From contig JBMYPC010000009.1 of NCBI GenBank assembly GCA_049599895.1, forward strand, positions 1-39,891: DNA of 39,891 nt. Reading direction: 5' to 3'. Within the stretch, counting starts at the first letter, position 1; each line of letters starts with the position of its first letter. A program made the position numbers and the translations under genes. This document shows, piece after piece, positions 1 to 8,839 of this stretch. The notes under the pieces were generated by a model. That model saw nothing but the letters and a program-made list of their open reading frames with translations. It did not search any database and was not told the DNA's origin. The DNA comes from Bacteriovoracaceae bacterium (GTDB taxonomy: Bacteria; Bdellovibrionota; Bacteriovoracia; Bacteriovoracales; Bacteriovoracaceae).

Positions 1-43
1 AGGCCCACACTCGTTCACAGTCGATTTATTCGGCCAGAGTGGC

Positions 44-1066
44 CTAATCTAAAAGAGATTTTAGGATTTCACGAGAGCCCAAAACAGCGTACATGATTCC
101 ATTTTTATAGAGATTGGTAAGAGCAAGATGATTTCCTTTCACTTCTCCCCAAAAAGGCATTCTTTTTTTACCTTTTGCTCTTATTCCTGAGACAAGTTGA
201 ATGTCGATATCATCCTTATTAAGTCCCTCTATCTTTTTATAGTCGAGAAATGAAAAAAAGTTTTGAAGAAGTTTTGATTTTTCAAAAGGACGATCGATGA
301 ATTTTTCATTAAGTGTGGTCGCCCCAACCCTCACCAGGTTAAGAGATGGTTTATAAATCACATTCATATTATTAAAGACAAAAACTCTTAATTTTTGATC
401 AAGACTTAAGCCTTGTGGAAGCTGTATATCAAGATAACTTCCAAAGCTCTTTTTTTTCCAAGGACCTTCATCTTCAAGAAAGTCACCATAAGCACCACTA
501 CAGTTAATCAGCTTATCAAAGAAGTACTGATTCTTATCAAAGGTTCTCAGGGATTCATTTTCAATAGAGACGACAGCCCCATCATTTGTATAAAGTTCAC
601 AGTTTTCAAACTTTTGAATTTTATCTTTTAACTCTTGGAGATAGGTTTTTGGATCAACTGAATAGCCAAGATATTGTGTTTTAAGAAAGTTCTCATTTTC
701 ACTAATCTCTTTATTTGAGAAACGTTTTTTAAACTTTTGTATGTTCTCGGGATGAGACTTCGAAGTAATATGCTCAATTTCAAGAGAACGAACTGAATCA
801 AAGCAATGCTTTTCAGAAAACTCTTTAAAAGCTTTAAAGCTATCAACAATGACATCTCCAAGAGGAGAAAGTCCTCTCTCGGCACCAAAGGTCGAAACAA
901 CAGCTCCCGCATTTTCACTAGCGTTTGGAAACATCTTTTCATCGAAGAATTGAGTAATGACGTAGTTCTTTTCAAGATTGAGTTCAGTCATTTTTTCTAA
1001 GAAAAGAAAAAGAAATGTGTTCGCAGCAATTCCATTACCGATAATTGCGATTTTCTTTTTTGTCAC
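44..1066 (-). CDS. FAD-dependent oxidoreductase, DAO/glycine oxidase (MnmC C-terminal-like) family
   Basis: N-terminal Rossmann motif IAIIGNGIAA; DAO-family elements ASENAGAVV, VGAT, SGIRA, RMPFWG and NLYKNGIMYA; GTG start. Confidence 0.75.
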   Translation of the reverse strand: MTKKKIAIIGNGIAANTFLFLFLEKMTELNLEKNYVITQFFDEKMFPNASENAGAVVSTFGAERGLSPLGDVIVDSFKAFKEFSEKHCFDSVRSLEIEHITSKSHPENIQKFKKRFSNKEISENENFLKTQYLGYSVDPKTYLQELKDKIQKFENCELYTNDGAVVSIENESLRTFDKNQYFFDKLINCSGAYGDFLEDEGPWKKKSFGSYLDIQLPQGLSLDQKLRVFVFNNMNVIYKPSLNLVRVGATTLNEKFIDRPFEKSKLLQNFFSFLDYKKIEGLNKDDIDIQLVSGIRAKGKKRMPFWGEVKGNHLALTNLYKNGIMYAVLGSREILKSLLD

Positions 1067-1080
1067 GATAGAGCTCTCAC

Positions 1081-2247
1081 CTAACCTACAGTTCTAACAA
1101 TATCCAGGTAATCAGTACCTTTTTTAAACTGTCTTAAAGTAAACCAAGAAAACAGAATGCTAATCAGGTATGGAATAGTAAAGGAAATGGCGACGGCCTT
1201 CCAGGTAATGTTGATCGGAATCTTTCGGTCCACAAAAATATCTGGCATAATTTCGCCAACAAACATTTCAAAAAAGCCGAGACCAAAGTAAGCGGCAATA
1301 AGGCCTAAGCCTACAGAGATAATTGAAAGGAAGTTAATAAGCATCCAGCTTGAACGTTCGAGCTGATCCTTTGAAGTTCCAAGAATCCAAAAACTTGAAA
1401 AGTCCGTTCTCACCTTTCGAAAGAAAATCAAAAGCCCAGAAGTAATACAAAGTGAAACGAGGAAGGTCATGGCGACAAAAAGAAAGAACATCACAGTACT
1501 TTCTAAATTCAGAGCATAGACCAAAGTCTGGTTTTTCTCTTCCCAGGTTCTCATTCTAAAATTGACATTAAAATTATTCTCTATCAGTTTTTTAATATCT
1601 GAAAAGTCTCGGTCACTTCGAATCACAATCTGATTGACAGTCTTATCTTCAATCAAAAAATGAATGTATTTAATGGGGACCCATACATGAAGCTGATCGG
1701 CTTCAGGAACTCTTGTGGTGACAATATCTGAGGTATAAAGGCTTATTGATCTTGGAATTTCTTCAAAGAAGTAATCCACGTGAGCAGGAGAAATGAGCTC
1801 CACCTTTGAGCCTGAGTCGATATTAAGTTTGTAGGCAATATCAAAAGGAATAATGAGCTCAAAGTTTTCTTTTTTCTGATCAAGAAACGATGGAATGTGA
1901 GTTTCAACATCAAGTCCGTGAACAATAACAGGAGTAATTTGTTGGTCGTGTTTTAAAAGAAGTTCAATCTGATATTCAAGGTCATGAACAATATTTTCTT
2001 CTTTAAGTTTTAAAGAAATCTCTTTTGCTGTTTTAAGGGAGAGGTTTTTAAACATGACCTCTCCGTTACCAAAAACAGCTTTCGAGCGACCAATCTGTGA
2101 TTGTTGAAGACCATCCATCGCGCTTTGCAGACCAAGAAGGGCTGCAGCACTTAAAAATAACCCTATAAAAGCGAGAAAAAGAAGTTTCTGTCTTGTTCGA
2201 GAAAAGAAAATATAGCGAACAAAATAGTTAGCAAAAGAAAAAATCAT
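1081..2247 (-). CDS. ABC transporter permease, LolC/LolE (FtsX-like) lipoprotein-release family
   Basis: N-terminal TM (LAFIGLFLSAAALLGLQSAMDG), large periplasmic domain, TWEEKNQTLVYALNLE motif, then three C-terminal TMs. Confidence 0.8.
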   Translation of the reverse strand: MIFSFANYFVRYIFFSRTRQKLLFLAFIGLFLSAAALLGLQSAMDGLQQSQIGRSKAVFGNGEVMFKNLSLKTAKEISLKLKEENIVHDLEYQIELLLKHDQQITPVIVHGLDVETHIPSFLDQKKENFELIIPFDIAYKLNIDSGSKVELISPAHVDYFFEEIPRSISLYTSDIVTTRVPEADQLHVWVPIKYIHFLIEDKTVNQIVIRSDRDFSDIKKLIENNFNVNFRMRTWEEKNQTLVYALNLESTVMFFLFVAMTFLVSLCITSGLLIFFRKVRTDFSSFWILGTSKDQLERSSWMLINFLSIISVGLGLIAAYFGLGFFEMFVGEIMPDIFVDRKIPINITWKAVAISFTIPYLISILFSWFTLRQFKKGTDYLDIVRTVG

Positions 2248-2251
2248 TCAC

Positions 2252-4372
2252 TTACTCGTAAAACTTCTTTTTATTATCAACAAGTCCTTGCAGATAAGAA
2301 ACTGGCGTATAACGTTCTGCCGAAACACTTTCAGAGAACTTTAGCATCGCTCCATGAAGCCTTTCAAGGCCTTCGTTATCAGCGTATCTTAAAAGTCCGC
2401 CTCTAAATGGAGGAAAACCAATTCCAAAGATAAGACCAAGATCCACTTCTTCTGCAGACTCAACGATTTTCTCATCAAGAATCGCAGCTGCTTCATTAAT
2501 CATTGGTAAGAAAATTCTTTTTTGAATTTCAACTTCATCCATCGATTTTTGAGAACTTGGGAAAAACTTACGAACTTCAGGATTAATTTCAGTGTGTTTA
2601 CCTTTTTCATCATAAAGATAAAAACCTTTTGAGTTTTTCTTTCCATACATTTCAGCATCAACAAGCTTTTTAATTGCTGAGCATGAGGCCAAGCGATCAC
2701 CCACACCTTCGTGAATAATCTTGGCAACTTTCTGAGCGACATCAAGTCCCACTTCGTCCATTAAGCGAGCAGGACCCATAGGCATACCAAAATTTAAACA
2801 GGCCTCTTCAATTTGCTCAATGGAAACCCCTTCTTCCATTAAAAACCCGGCTTCATTCATAAATGGCATAAGAATACGATTCACAAGAAAACCAGGACCA
2901 TCTTTCACAATAATAGGAGTTTTCTTAGCTCGAAGAACCCATTTATAAAGAGCTTCAATTGTTTCAGGTGAAACTTTTGAGTGAGTGATAATTTCAACCA
3001 AAGGCATCATGTTGACAGGGTTGAAAAAGTGAAGCCCCGCAAACCTCTCAGGCATCTCAAAGCTTGAGGCCATATCTTCAATGCTTAAGGATGATGTATT
3101 AGAGACAACCACACAGTCATTGCGGACTTCTTTTTCAAGCTCCGAAAAGACTTTTTTCTTAATATCGATATTTTCAACAATGGCCTCGATGACGAGGTCT
3201 GTTGATTTAAATCCTTCATAGCCAATTTGAGGAGTGATTGATCTCACTTTTCTTTGAAAGTCATCTTTAGAAATTCTTCTTCTTTTTAATTGCTTTGAAA
3301 AATTTCGTGAAGCTTGCTTAAGACCAAGTTCAAGGGCCTCATGATTAAGATCTCTCATGATAGGATGCATATTCGTGCTTGCCATTAACCAAGCAATACC
3401 ACCACCCATGGTTCCCGCTCCAAGAACAGCTCCTCGGTTTAGCTTCGGAACATCTTTTTCAGACTTTGGACCTGAATACTTTTTTGCTCCTTCCATTAAA
3501 AAGAAAATGTGTTGAAGGTTTTTTGATTGTTCTGAAACACATAACTCTCCAAAAGCTTGTGACTCAATTGAGAGATAACTCGAACGGCTTTTCCCCATCC
3601 CATGCTCCATCACATCAAGAATCTTCAATGGAGCGTGATAAAATCCTTTTGTCTTTTCAAGAACATTCTCTCTCGCCTTTTGAAAAATAATCTTTCTTGA
3701 AACAAAGTTATCACTTGCTAAGTTTTCTAGAGTCTCTTTAAAAGAAGTCTTCTCTTTTGAAGATTTCAATTCTTTTAAGGCCATATCAACTAAGCGTTCC
3801 TTAGGATAGGTTTGATCCACAAGACCCATCTTCTTTGCTTTTTTAGCTTTAACTGCTTTTCCAGTAAGAATTAAGTCGAGAGCTTTGGGAAGACCCACTC
3901 TTCGAGGCATTCGATAAGTTCCGCCAAAACCAGGAATCAGGCCAAGCTTAACTTCAGGAAGCCCAAGAACAGTCTTTGAATCATCACTTGCGATAATGCG
4001 ATCGCAAGAAAGGGCAAGTTCCATTCCTCCACCCAGGCATGGCCCATGGACACAAACCACAGTAGGAATTTTTAAATCTTCAATCAGATTAAAAAGAACC
4101 TGACCGTGTTCAGCTCCACTTTGAGCTTCTGCTTCCGTTTTCAGTGAAGCAATTAAATTAATATCGGCCCCTGCCAAGAAGGCCTTGTCTTTATGGGAAA
4201 AAAAGATAAGACCGCTAAGGTTCTTCTGATCTTCTTTTGTTTTTTCCAGGGCCTCTTTTAACTCTTTTAAGGTAGGCTCATTAAGAATTGGCATTGAAGT
4301 TTCAGCTTCTTTACCAAAACCAATATAAGCAACTTTCTCTTTTATTTCATAACTTATTGATTCAAAAGACAT
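2252..4372 (-). CDS. fadJ: Fatty acid oxidation complex alpha subunit (enoyl-CoA hydratase / 3-hydroxyacyl-CoA dehydrogenase)
   Basis: Crotonase motifs FLAGADI, GGGMELALSC and LGLPEVKLGLIPGFGG; HAD motifs GAGTMGGGIA, IEAIVE, SNTSSL, GLHFFNPV and PGFLVNRIL; 706 aa; downstream of a thiolase. Confidence 0.92.
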   Translation of the reverse strand: MSFESISYEIKEKVAYIGFGKEAETSMPILNEPTLKELKEALEKTKEDQKNLSGLIFFSHKDKAFLAGADINLIASLKTEAEAQSGAEHGQVLFNLIEDLKIPTVVCVHGPCLGGGMELALSCDRIIASDDSKTVLGLPEVKLGLIPGFGGTYRMPRRVGLPKALDLILTGKAVKAKKAKKMGLVDQTYPKERLVDMALKELKSSKEKTSFKETLENLASDNFVSRKIIFQKARENVLEKTKGFYHAPLKILDVMEHGMGKSRSSYLSIESQAFGELCVSEQSKNLQHIFFLMEGAKKYSGPKSEKDVPKLNRGAVLGAGTMGGGIAWLMASTNMHPIMRDLNHEALELGLKQASRNFSKQLKRRRISKDDFQRKVRSITPQIGYEGFKSTDLVIEAIVENIDIKKKVFSELEKEVRNDCVVVSNTSSLSIEDMASSFEMPERFAGLHFFNPVNMMPLVEIITHSKVSPETIEALYKWVLRAKKTPIIVKDGPGFLVNRILMPFMNEAGFLMEEGVSIEQIEEACLNFGMPMGPARLMDEVGLDVAQKVAKIIHEGVGDRLASCSAIKKLVDAEMYGKKNSKGFYLYDEKGKHTEINPEVRKFFPSSQKSMDEVEIQKRIFLPMINEAAAILDEKIVESAEEVDLGLIFGIGFPPFRGGLLRYADNEGLERLHGAMLKFSESVSAERYTPVSYLQGLVDNKKKFYE

Positions 4373-4395
4373 AGTCCAAATTCCTTTTCATTAAT

Positions 4396-5688
4396 TTACT
4401 TTACAAGGTTTTCAATGACACAAGCACCACCTTGGCCACCACCGATACATAAAGTTGCAAGCCCCTTGTCGGCTTTTCTTTTTTTAAGCTCATGAGCAAG
4501 TGTCACAATCAATCTCGAACCAGTTGATCCCACAGGGTGACCAATGGCCACAGCACCACCGTTGACATTAAGCTTCTCCGCAGGAACTTCACCCCAAAGC
4601 TTTTCAATACCAAATTTATCTGCAACTGATTTTTGCGAGAATCCTTTTTGAACAGCAAGAACTTGAGCAGAGAAAGCCTCATTGAGTTCTACTAAGTCCA
4701 TCTGATCCATACTGAGACCTGTTCTTTTAAAAACACCGTCTGTGGCAAGAAGTGGACCCATCCCCATTCTCTCAGGTTCAAGTCCATGGAAATGATAATC
4801 AATGATTCTTGCCATTGGGCTTAAGTTGTATTTTTTCACAGCTTCTTCACTACAAAGAAGAATGGCAGAGCCACCGTCAGTGATAGGACAACTATTACCA
4901 ACAGTCACTGTCCCACTTTTTTTATCAAAGTAAGGACGCATTTTTCCCAGTCCTTTAACCGTCGAATCTTCACGAGGTCCAAAGTCTGCTCTTAGATATT
5001 TTTCAAGTCCTTTTCCATAGGGAATAGGAACAATCTCATCATCAAATCTTCCCTCTTTAGTCGCAGCAACAGCTTTATGATGAGAATTGTTGGCAAACTC
5101 ATCTTGTTGCTCTCTAGTGATATCAAATTCACGGGAAAGAACTTCCGCCGTCATCCCCATGTTCATTCCACAAAACGGGTCCGTAAGGCCTTGTTCAATA
5201 GCAATGATTGGTGAAAGATAAGGAGGCCTAAAAGTTGAAAGTACTTTAAGCTTTGCTCCTAAAGACTTCGCCTTCATCACACCAATAAAAAGATCCGTCA
5301 TTTCTTTACTATAAATGAGGGGCATCTGAGACATACTCTCAATACCACCTGCTATGATCACATCCGATCGCCCACTGGCGATTTTCAAAAACCCTTGTGA
5401 AACAGCTTCTAAACCTGAAGCACAGTTTCGGTGAACACTATAACCACTCGTCTTTTTATGAAGTCCGGCTTCAAGTGCAATCACTCTTCCAATATTAGGA
5501 TACTTTGGCGGGTTTCCCACATTGCCCATGATCACTTCATCAACTTCAGTGTTTGGAATTTGTGCCTGATCAAGCATCTTTCGAAGTAGAATTGATCCAA
5601 GGTAAGGAACAGGAACTTCTGCTAAAACAGTTCCAGCTTTGGCTTGTGGTGTTCGCCTCGCATCAACGATATAGACGGGCCTACTCAT
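4396..5688 (-). CDS. fadA: Acetyl-CoA C-acyltransferase (3-ketoacyl-CoA thiolase), beta-oxidation beta subunit
   Basis: Thiolase motifs RNCASG, NEAF, GHPVGSTG and CIGGGQG. Start moved from the track's 5730 to ATG 5688 (MSRPVYIV), which has a GGAG RBS. Confidence 0.9.
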   Translation of the reverse strand: MSRPVYIVDARRTPQAKAGTVLAEVPVPYLGSILLRKMLDQAQIPNTEVDEVIMGNVGNPPKYPNIGRVIALEAGLHKKTSGYSVHRNCASGLEAVSQGFLKIASGRSDVIIAGGIESMSQMPLIYSKEMTDLFIGVMKAKSLGAKLKVLSTFRPPYLSPIIAIEQGLTDPFCGMNMGMTAEVLSREFDITREQQDEFANNSHHKAVAATKEGRFDDEIVPIPYGKGLEKYLRADFGPREDSTVKGLGKMRPYFDKKSGTVTVGNSCPITDGGSAILLCSEEAVKKYNLSPMARIIDYHFHGLEPERMGMGPLLATDGVFKRTGLSMDQMDLVELNEAFSAQVLAVQKGFSQKSVADKFGIEKLWGEVPAEKLNVNGGAVAIGHPVGSTGSRLIVTLAHELKKRKADKGLATLCIGGGQGGACVIENLVK

Positions 5689-5799
5689 AATGACTCTCCA
5701 GTTTTGATTAAATAATCCTGACTGGAGCATTGTAGAACATGGAATGAAAAAGCACTAGTGGAGAAACAGGGTTGAAAGAGTATTCTAAGGGAAAAAGCA

Positions 5800-5839
5800 A
5801 AAACGCCGCATACTTGAGTTTTTCAGTATGCGGCGTTTT
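5800..5839 (-). terminator. Intrinsic terminator (possibly bidirectional) after the beta-barrel gene
   Basis: Perfect 15-bp inverted repeat AAAACGCCGCATACT (5800-5814) / AGTATGCGGCGTTTT (5825-5839), with A/T tracts on both sides, about 25 nt past the stop at 5863. Confidence 0.85.
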
Positions 5840-5862
5840 GTTTTGAGATCTTTATTTTTAGA

Positions 5863-6897
5863 TTAGAAGTTTACTAGTAGACCAGCTCCAAAGTTCAGAG
5901 TGTCTGCGTTAACAATCTGAGCACTTAGCTCGTTGATTCTGTCTTCAAGAACGTTTCCAACATTTCTGCTCTCATCTTTCTCAGATAATGCTCTTGAGTA
6001 TCTTACTTCAATCATCGCACCAATTGTTCTGTTGAAAGAGATCTCAGCACCAGCACTAACAGTTGCGTTAATGAAGTTTTGATTCACTGAGTAGTCTCCA
6101 CCGTTTACGAATGAGTCATTTGGAAGATCACCATCTTGAGTTAGGTAATCAATCCCCTCTTGAACCCCTTCGTACTCAGTCTTAGAGTTATTGTATCCAA
6201 GTCCAAGTCCAATAAATGGCTTGATTCTGCTATTTGGTAGTGGAAAGAACTTACCGTAAGCACTTACATTTAATTGTGTATAGTCAGTTTCAATTCCAGT
6301 GTTTGATTCATCATCTAAGAAGAAGAATCCATTGTCTGGTCTGTATCTTTTGTCATTGAAACCAAGAGTAAAGTAGTTCACTCCGATACCAACTGAGATG
6401 TGCTTCGTTACTGAAGTTTCAACATCTAGTCCAAAGTTTGGATTTGATTCAAAGTCAAAAGAATCTGCTTTGATCGATGTTACAGATAATCTTGGAATCA
6501 CTTTATGCTTAGTTTCAGAAGTGTTCTGGTTTTTAATGTTTTGAGCGTTAACCTGAACTCGACTTGGTGAAGCTTGCCCTAAAGTCACTTCGTCTGAATC
6601 TTCAGAGAATGCTGCTTTAAGTTTTCTTGCAATCTTTCTTTCTTCAAGAAGTCTGATCTTTTCAATTCTTCTTTGAACGAGATCTTCGTTTTCTTTCTCA
6701 AGCTTCTTTCTCATCTTTTCCATTCTCATGGCTTCAGGATCAGTGAGTTTTGATTTCTTTTCTAAAGCTTCTTTTGCTGCTCTTTCTCTTGCCTCTTTAG
6801 CATCATGCCACTTTTTCGTGTGATGTCCTAAAGCCGGCCCAGCAGCAATTACTGTAGCAAGTCCAATAATCAATCCCGTTTTTTGTGAAATTTGCAT
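5863..6897 (-). CDS. Outer-membrane beta-barrel protein (OmpA/OmpW-like barrel) with N-terminal charged coiled coil
   Basis: Signal peptide ending AAGPALG; E/K/R-rich helix; amphipathic strands (KPFIGLGLGYN, GAMIEVRYS); C-terminal GAGLLVNF. Start set at ATG 6897 (MQISQK) with a GGGAG RBS; the track gives 6942. Confidence 0.8.
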   Translation of the reverse strand: MQISQKTGLIIGLATVIAAGPALGHHTKKWHDAKEARERAAKEALEKKSKLTDPEAMRMEKMRKKLEKENEDLVQRRIEKIRLLEERKIARKLKAAFSEDSDEVTLGQASPSRVQVNAQNIKNQNTSETKHKVIPRLSVTSIKADSFDFESNPNFGLDVETSVTKHISVGIGVNYFTLGFNDKRYRPDNGFFFLDDESNTGIETDYTQLNVSAYGKFFPLPNSRIKPFIGLGLGYNNSKTEYEGVQEGIDYLTQDGDLPNDSFVNGGDYSVNQNFINATVSAGAEISFNRTIGAMIEVRYSRALSEKDESRNVGNVLEDRINELSAQIVNADTLNFGAGLLVNF

Positions 6898-7108
6898 TTC
6901 ATTCTCCCGTAAGCTAGAAATATCGTAATCGTTTCTCAACATTTATCATTCGTATCCAGCATAACAAATCGCGACATACTGCGCTATGCACAAGTAAAGA
7001 TCCGTGTAAATTTAACAGGTATCAAAGAATTAGACAGTTTGCAACAGCGTTAAGATACTGATTATACAAGCTTTGTATGGCCGTCTAGCTAAAGACATAA
7101 AGGGAATT

Positions 7109-7363
7109 TTAGCGGCTCACACGATAATATCGAAAATTACCTCCAGCAAAAGTCTTACTCCAGACACAAACGAGGCTTGTTTTATTCTGCCCAGAGCTGC
7201 AATCCTCACCTTGAGCCCCCAATTCAGCGCGGATTTTCTTTAAAAGGGATATCGAGACGGCCACAACTATCATCGTGAGAAAGATGTATTCCACCAAGGC
7301 CTGTCCAGCAGAGCTTAAATCCAATACTTTGAAAGATTTATTGTTTGCTAAACGCCGAGACAT
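7109..7363 (-). CDS. Flp/TadE-like (class III signal peptide) pilin-like protein
   Basis: Basic leader, then G|QALVEY and a hydrophobic helix (IFLTMIVVAVSISLL); a Cys pair; GGAG RBS 7 nt upstream of the ATG; overlaps the 3' end of the upstream gene. Confidence 0.7.
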   Translation of the reverse strand: MSRRLANNKSFKVLDLSSAGQALVEYIFLTMIVVAVSISLLKKIRAELGAQGEDCSSGQNKTSLVCVWSKTFAGGNFRYYRVSR

Positions 7364-8822
7364 CTTTTATCTCCATTGTTTTTCCAAAGATGCCAAGAGG
7401 GGTTTCTCTTTTAGCACCCAATAAAAGACTTGTTGCCATTGATTTTACCATTGATGGGGACTTAGAGAAACTGTATTGGAATTTCTTAGGCATTCTCAGG
7501 TCGAGCTTGATCTTTGAGAAGTTAAAACTCCCAACACTCATGACCTGATTCTTTAAAAAGATGTCAATATCAAGCTCATCGAGTTCTCGTTCATTGTCAA
7601 TAAGCTCAAAGTTTATAAGAAAGCTCTTAAATTGAGTTCGGTAAATATCTGCTTTTAATCCGTGCAAGCTCTGAACCCATGAATGACAATGGAGTTCATT
7701 TCCGTCAGCTTTTATTATCCAAAGAGAGAGGTCTCCCCCTAGGCTTCGATAGTCATAGATATAATGTTGCTCGGTAATCTTTTGTTTTTGGCCTAGACGC
7801 TCAGGCACCCATGGCAAAGACCATCTCTGATCTTGGTCTTTCCACTTGGCAATAAAACTCACTCCTCGAAAATAAGAAGAGTCTTTAAGCTTGATAAGGT
7901 TTCTTGGCCCAAAGTTTTGATCAACATCATTGAGGGGTTCATCAAAAGCAAGATATGAACTGGCAACGAATTCGGTATTTTGAGTGGAAAGCTTCACTTG
8001 GTTTTTCTCAAAGACTGGGGCCGAATTAAAAATCTCCGCTTTTCCTAGATGGCCACCAATTCGACAATATTCACTTTGAAGGTCAGTGATAAACCTTTCA
8101 AAATCAAGTTCATACTGAGCAGAGAGAAATGAAAGTACGAAATGATAAATCTCCACTTCTCCCCAACTGAGATCCATTAATTGCTGAAAGGCAAACCTCA
8201 TGACTAAAACATTGCTTCGGTAAGCATAGGATTTCGCAGGTTGCTTTTTAAATAAGTTGAAATTATCCCTAATGGTTTGAACAAGACCCACTAAATATTC
8301 AGGACAATGAGTTTCAAAAAGAGAGGCCGTTAAGTTTTCGATGGTTCTATAACGGAAACAATTCTCTGCTAGTCGGCTCACTGTAGAAGAAAAGTCTTCA
8401 TCAAACTGATCTTTGAACTTAAAATCCACAATCTTCTCAAGATCAAATTCAAGCTTATCTTCTCGTGGTTGAGTTTGAGGTCCAATCTCAAACCAATCGG
8501 GAAACTTTCGAATCACCTGCAACAAATTCTCCCAAGGGGATTGAGTGGTTCGAAAGAGAAAATTCTCTCCTCGAAAGTAGATCTCTGCTGGTTTAAGATA
8601 AGAATCGATATCTTTTAAGACATCACTATTAAGCTTTTCAGCAAGAAGTTTTAAAAAGGCCAAATCAAAAGCGTTAAGAGTATGATGACAAGGGGCCTTT
8701 AAACTGATCTCATCATCTTTTTGATAAAAGAGAACTTCCTTTCGATTTCGAAGTAAATTGATGGCATAGATGATTGATAAAAAATCATCTCCTTCAACCA
8801 AAAAATCAATTTCTTTTTGCAT
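7338..8822 (-). CDS. Hypothetical protein with a degenerate N-terminal FAD/NAD Rossmann-like segment
   Basis: 494-aa ORF in operon context. IDFLVEGDDFLSIIYAINLLRNRKEVLFYQK has beta-alpha-beta spacing but lacks GxGxxG. Confidence 0.6.
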   Translation of the reverse strand: MQKEIDFLVEGDDFLSIIYAINLLRNRKEVLFYQKDDEISLKAPCHHTLNAFDLAFLKLLAEKLNSDVLKDIDSYLKPAEIYFRGENFLFRTTQSPWENLLQVIRKFPDWFEIGPQTQPREDKLEFDLEKIVDFKFKDQFDEDFSSTVSRLAENCFRYRTIENLTASLFETHCPEYLVGLVQTIRDNFNLFKKQPAKSYAYRSNVLVMRFAFQQLMDLSWGEVEIYHFVLSFLSAQYELDFERFITDLQSEYCRIGGHLGKAEIFNSAPVFEKNQVKLSTQNTEFVASSYLAFDEPLNDVDQNFGPRNLIKLKDSSYFRGVSFIAKWKDQDQRWSLPWVPERLGQKQKITEQHYIYDYRSLGGDLSLWIIKADGNELHCHSWVQSLHGLKADIYRTQFKSFLINFELIDNERELDELDIDIFLKNQVMSVGSFNFSKIKLDLRMPKKFQYSFSKSPSMVKSMATSLLLGAKRETPLGIFGKTMEIKDVSAFSKQ

Positions 8823-8839
8823 ATATTCTCACTAAAAAT

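Noticed and set aside
1..47. Possible 3' end of a convergent plus-strand gene
   Set aside because: Too little sequence to identify the frame or product.
7005..7036. TGTAAATTTAACA and TATC-N9-GACA imperfect palindromes upstream of the beta-barrel gene
   Set aside because: Spacing is inconsistent with similar elements at 10310-10324; not distinguishable from chance in AT-rich DNA.
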